A stretch of 64,000 bases of DNA from the NCBI GenBank assembly GCA_049967655.1, contig JBMFSH010000012.1:1-64000 (forward strand), in the 5' to 3' direction. Below, one piece after another: positions 58,749-64,000 of the stretch (the stretch's first letter is position 1; every line of letters starts with the position of its first letter). The stretch comes from Acidobacteriota bacterium (GTDB lineage: Bacteria > Acidobacteriota > UBA4820 > DSQY01). A program made the translations under genes and the position numbers. A model generated the notes under the pieces. The model was not told the DNA's origin and made no database searches. It saw only the letters and a program-made list of their open reading frames with translations.

Positions 58749-58759
58749 GGCCTGCCTCC

Positions 58760-58873
58760 TTAACCTTGCCTCTGCTTGTGCTTCGGGTTGTCGCAGATCA
58801 CCCGGACCACGCCCTTGCGCTTGATGATCTTGCACTTGGGGCAGATTTTCTTGACCGAAGGTCTCACTTTCAT
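58760..58873 (-). CDS. rpmJ: 50S ribosomal protein L36 (absent from ORF track)
   Basis: Hand translation [37 protein letters not shown]. Confidence 0.97.
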   Translation of the reverse strand: MKVRPSVKKICPKCKIIKRKGVVRVICDNPKHKQRQG

Positions 58874-58887
58874 GGTTCTCTCTCCGC

Positions 58888-59109
58888 TCAGCTCTTGAAC
58901 CGGTAGACGATGCGTCCGCGGTTCAGGTCATAAGGAGACAGCTCGACCAGAATCTGATCGCCGGGCAGGATGCGGATGAAGTGCTTTCGCATCTTGCCCG
59001 AGATGTGGGCCAGCACCCTGTGGCCGCTCTCCAGCTCCACCCGGAACATGGCGTTGGGGAGGGCCTCCTTCACTGTCGCCTTCATCTGGATTACGTCGTC
59101 CTTGCTCAT
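58888..59109 (-). CDS. infA: Translation initiation factor IF-1
   Basis: [36 protein letters not shown]. Confidence 0.98.
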   Translation of the reverse strand: MSKDDVIQMKATVKEALPNAMFRVELESGHRVLAHISGKMRKHFIRILPGDQILVELSPYDLNRGRIVYRFKS

Positions 59110-59858
59110 GCCCCCTCAATCCCCAGGATCCTGGGCCCGTTTTCGGTGACGGCCACGCTGTACTCGAAGTGAGCGGAGCGCTTTCCGTCCGCGGTCCGCA
59201 CCGTCCACCCGTCCTCGTCCACCGTCACATCGTGACCACCCTCGTTGATCATGGGTTCGATGGCCAGCACCATGCCTACCTGCAGGCGCGGTCCCCGCCC
59301 GGGCTCCCCGAAGTTCGGTACCTGGGGTTCCTCGTGCAGGGCGCGCCCTATGCCGTGGCCCACGTAGTCGCGGACCACCGAAAAGCCTTGGCCCTCCGCG
59401 TATTCCTGAACGGCGTGGGACACGTCCGAAACGCGACTTCCCACGCGAACCTGTTCCACCCCCTTCTCGAGGGAGGTTCGGGTCACGGTCAGGAGGCGGA
59501 CGCCTTCCGGATCCACGTCCCCCACCGGAAAGGTGCGGGCCGCATCCCCATAGTATCCATCCACAATGGCGCCGAAGTCCAGCGAGACCAGGTCCCCCGG
59601 CTGAATCACCCGGGGCCCAGGGATGCCGTGCACGACCTCGTCGTTTACGGAGATGCAGACCGAGGCCGGGAATCCCCCGTAACCCTTGAAGGCGGGCTTG
59701 CCGCCCATCTGCTTGGTCAGGGACTCGGCCAGCCGGTCCAGATCCCGGAGCACGACGCCGGGCGCGAGCTCCTCGCCCAGTCGGTCCAGGACCGCGTGGA
59801 CGATCCGGTTGGCCCGGTCCATGATCTCGATCTCTTCAGGCGCCTTCAAATGAATCAT
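59106..59858 (-). CDS. map: Methionine aminopeptidase type I
   Basis: [15 protein letters not shown]...GYYGD, GHGIG..LHEEP, AIEPM, SAHFE. Confidence 0.97.
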   Translation of the reverse strand: MIHLKAPEEIEIMDRANRIVHAVLDRLGEELAPGVVLRDLDRLAESLTKQMGGKPAFKGYGGFPASVCISVNDEVVHGIPGPRVIQPGDLVSLDFGAIVDGYYGDAARTFPVGDVDPEGVRLLTVTRTSLEKGVEQVRVGSRVSDVSHAVQEYAEGQGFSVVRDYVGHGIGRALHEEPQVPNFGEPGRGPRLQVGMVLAIEPMINEGGHDVTVDEDGWTVRTADGKRSAHFEYSVAVTENGPRILGIEGA

Positions 59859-60504
59859 CCAATCGCTCTCTCCAGGGCGGCGAGAACCTGGGAAGGTTCG
59901 CGGTCTCCCGGAACGGTCTTCAGGAGTCCCCGGCGGCGGTAGTGGTCGGACAGGGGTGCCGTCTTCTCGTGATACACGCGCAGCCGCTCGCGGATCACGT
60001 CTTCCCGGTCGTCGTCGCGCTGCACCAAGCCCGTGCCGCACTTGTCGCAAAGCCCCTCGCGCTTGGGGGGCGAAAAGACGAGGTTGTAGACGGTGCCGCA
60101 GCCGGGGCAGCTTCGCCGGCTCGACAGCCTCTTGACGATCACCTCGTCGGCCACTTCGAGTTCCAGGGCCAGCACGTCCTGCTTGCCCAGTTCCGCGAGG
60201 ATCCCCTCCAGGATGGAAGCCTGGGAGAGGTTGCGCGGGTAGCCGTCCAGGATGAACCCCGGGCCGCAGTCGGCCTTGGCGAGCCGTTCCTTGATGATGC
60301 CGGTGAGCAGCTCGTCGGAGACCAGTCCGCCCGACTCCATCACGGCCTTCGCCTTCAGCCCGAGCGGCGTGCCCTCGCGAACGGCCTCGCGCAGCATGTC
60401 ACCCGTGGAGATGTGCGGGACGCGCAACCGCGCCGCCAGCTCCTTGGCTTGGGTTCCCTTCCCCGCTCCAGGCGGTCCCAACAGCACCAGGTTCTTCTGG
60501 CTCA

Positions 60505-60505
<1 letters not shown>
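59855..60505 (-). CDS. adk: Adenylate kinase (Zn-lid)
   Basis: GPPGAGKGTQA, HISTGDMLR, GFILDGYPR, CxxC...CxxC lid. Confidence 0.98.
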
Positions 60506-61910
<1,405 letters not shown>

Positions 61911-61914
<4 letters not shown>

Positions 61915-62357
61915 GGCTTCCTCACCTCCGCCCGGCCGCCCGCTGCCTCAATGGCCTTGCGGGCGCTGTCCGAGAAGGCATCCGCCACGACCGTGATGGC
62001 GCGGTCCAACGATCCGCCGCCCAGAATCTTCACGGCGGAGCTCTCCTTGCGGATGAGGCCCGCGTGCTTCAGAACCTTGGCGTTGACCTCGCTGCCCGCC
62101 TCGAACCCGGCCAGCCGTGTCAGATTGACCACCTCGTACCGATGAGCAAAGAGGTTGGTGAACCCCCGCTTGGGGATTCGCCTCTGGAGGGGCATCTGGC
62201 CGCCCTCGAAGCCGGGGTTCTGGTGGAACCCGGAGCGGGACTTCTGGCCCTTCTCGCCCTTGCCGGCCGTCTTGCCCTTGCCGGAGCCAGGGCCGCGGCC
62301 GATCCGCTTGGGGCTCTTCTTTGCGCCTTTCGCCGGTCGCAACTCGGAGAGAAACAT
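61911..62357 (-). CDS. rplO: 50S ribosomal protein L15
   Basis: [30 protein letters not shown]. Confidence 0.98.
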
Positions 62358-62368
62358 GGGGGGCCTCC

Positions 62369-62575
62369 TTACGCTTCTTCGCTGACCCTGAGCAGGTGCT
62401 TGACCGCGAAGATCATGCCTCGAATCTCCGGCCGGTCGGGGTACCTGTGGGTGCGGTTGAGTTTTCTGAGCCCCATGCTCCAGGTGACGCGGCGGAGCTT
62501 CTCGGTGCCCGGGCGGCGGATCAGGGTCACCACCAACTGCTTTTCCTTGGTCGCCTTTTTCTTTCTCTCAGCCAT
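62369..62575 (-). CDS. rpmD: 50S ribosomal protein L30
   Basis: GLRKL, P.IRGM...V.HL; position between rpsE and rplO. Confidence 0.9.
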   Translation of the reverse strand: MAERKKKATKEKQLVVTLIRRPGTEKLRRVTWSMGLRKLNRTHRYPDRPEIRGMIFAVKHLLRVSEEA

Positions 62576-62578
62576 GGC

Positions 62579-63079
62579 CTACCCCACGATCTCTTCAAGA
62601 GCTTTGCCGCGCTTGCGGGCGACGCTCTCGGGGCTCTGGAGCTTCAGAAGGCCCTCCACGGCCGCCTTCACCACGTTCTGCGGGTTGTTCGTGCCCACGC
62701 ACTTGGTCAGGATGTCCTGGATGCCCGCGGCCTCCATGACGGCCCGGATGGCCCCGCCCGCGATGACGCCCGTCCCCTTCGACGCGGGGCGGAGGATCAC
62801 GTGGCCGGCGCCGAAGCGGCCCTCCACGTAGTGTGGGATGGTATTGCCCTGGAGGGGGACCCTCACCATGCATCGCTTCGCCTGTTCAATCCCCTTCGAG
62901 ATCGCCAAAGGCACCTCGCGGGCCTTGCCCAGGCCGAATCCCACCTTGCCGTTGCCGTCCCCCACGACCACGAGGGCCGAGAACGAGAAGTTCTTTCCGC
63001 CCTTGACGACCTTGGTGACGCGGCGGATGGAAACCACCTGTTCGCGCAGCTCCACTTCGCTGGAGTTTCTCTCTTCCAT
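62579..63079 (-). CDS. rpsE: 30S ribosomal protein S5
   Basis: [30 protein letters not shown]. Confidence 0.98.
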   Translation of the reverse strand: MEERNSSEVELREQVVSIRRVTKVVKGGKNFSFSALVVVGDGNGKVGFGLGKAREVPLAISKGIEQAKRCMVRVPLQGNTIPHYVEGRFGAGHVILRPASKGTGVIAGGAIRAVMEAAGIQDILTKCVGTNNPQNVVKAAVEGLLKLQSPESVARKRGKALEEIVG

Positions 63080-63089
63080 GCCCGCGCTC

Positions 63090-63467
63090 CTAGAACTGGA
63101 GGCCGCCCTTGCGGGCGCCCTCGGCGACGGCCTTGACCCGTCCGTGGTAAACGTAGCCGCTGCGGTCGAACACGACGGCCTCGATTCCCTTGGCCTTCAG
63201 GCGCTCCGAGACGAGCTGCCCGAGCTGCTCGGCCACCGAGAGGTGCTTCCCGGAGGTCTTTAGCTTGGCCTTCAGCTCGGGCTCTAGGGAGGAAGCGGCC
63301 GCCACCGTCGCCCCGGTGGTATCGTCCACGGCCTGCACGTAAATGTAGCGGGTGCTCTTGAAGACGCAGAGCCGGGGCTTCTGCGGCGTGCCCTCCATCC
63401 GTTTCCGGATGCGGAGCTTTCGCCACGCTCTCTTCTCACTGCGGTCCGCATGCGTCCATTTCGACAT
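63090..63467 (-). CDS. rplR: 50S ribosomal protein L18
   Basis: PRL.VF.S, FDRSGY.YHGRVKA.A..AR..GL.F. Confidence 0.98.
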   Translation of the reverse strand: MSKWTHADRSEKRAWRKLRIRKRMEGTPQKPRLCVFKSTRYIYVQAVDDTTGATVAAASSLEPELKAKLKTSGKHLSVAEQLGQLVSERLKAKGIEAVVFDRSGYVYHGRVKAVAEGARKGGLQF

Positions 63468-63485
63468 GGCTTCTTCCCCGTGCCT

Positions 63486-64000
63486 TTACTTCGCGGCCTT
63501 GCCGGCCTTGCGGATGATCTTTTCACCCGTGTACATGACGCCCTTGCCCTTGTACGGTTCGGGCTTCTTCATGGCTCGGATCTGCGCGGCCACCTGGCCT
63601 ACCGACTGGCGGTCGGCTCCGGTCACCACCACGTGGGTGGATTTCTCCACCGCGATCTCGATCCCCTCGGGGATGGGAAACTCGATGGGATGCGAATAGC
63701 CCAGGTTGAAGACCGCCTTGCGGCCCTCCACGTTGGCCTTGTAGCCCACCCCCACGATGTCCAGCTCCTTCTTGTACCCCTGCGTGACCCCGTGAACGGC
63801 GTTGGCCAGAAGGGCGCGGGTCAGGCCATGGAAGGCCCGGCAGGACTGCGTGTCGTCCGCGCGACTGATTCGCAGCTCCTTGCCCTCCAGGGCGCAGGAG
63901 ATGCCCGGGAGAACCGGCGTGCGGAGGAGCCCCTTGGGGCCCTTCACCTCCACGTGGTCCTCGCCGATGACCACCTGAACTTTGTCAGGGACGGGGATGG
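63486..64000 (-). CDS. rplF: 50S ribosomal protein L6 (5' end beyond window)
   Basis: VKGPKG, GVGY, LGYSHP, PEPYKGKG. Confidence 0.97.
   Translation of the reverse strand, partial: IPVPDKVQVVIGEDHVEVKGPKGLLRTPVLPGISCALEGKELRISRADDTQSCRAFHGLTRALLANAVHGVTQGYKKELDIVGVGYKANVEGRKAVFNLGYSHPIEFPIPEGIEIAVEKSTHVVVTGADRQSVGQVAAQIRAMKKPEPYKGKGVMYTGEKIIRKAGKAAK

Overview
GC-rich Gram-negative bacterial chromosome segment. An Acidobacteriota- or Deltaproteobacteria-like lineage is inferred from gene content only. Most of it is core genome: rplU-rpmA-obg-nadD-rsfS-(degenerate sigma54 activator)-rlmH-dksA-lapAB, mltG-yqgF-menG-hldE, a Gld-like ABC transporter, hsp20, mutS, glnA, udg-coaBC, aspS-hisS, aroA, ECF sigma/anti-sigma-smpB, ubiX-mqnP, mtaB, rarA, and the distal spc/alpha ribosomal operons (rplF to rplQ). 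An accessory island (~41.8-49.8 kb) holds a truncated ORF, a secreted Ig/CARDB protein, a multiply frameshifted MepA-like peptidase, a MmeI-like (Type IIL) restriction-modification gene and an HNH nuclease. The last two adjacent genes are each interrupted by one in-frame TAG in the same C-TAG-AT context, and the HNH N-terminus is missing from the ORF track. This could be decay, an assembly error, or amber-gated defence. Other observations: a hairpin-rich dispersed repeat family (4 copies, one extending the menG C-terminus), a TIR-bounded MITE-like element, an orphan promoter-small ORF-terminator unit, a probable CTG start for mtaB, and an RpoA alpha-CTD lacking the canonical DNA-contact residues. 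No tRNA, rRNA or CRISPR array was recognised. All family assignments come from motif recognition by eye, without database searches.
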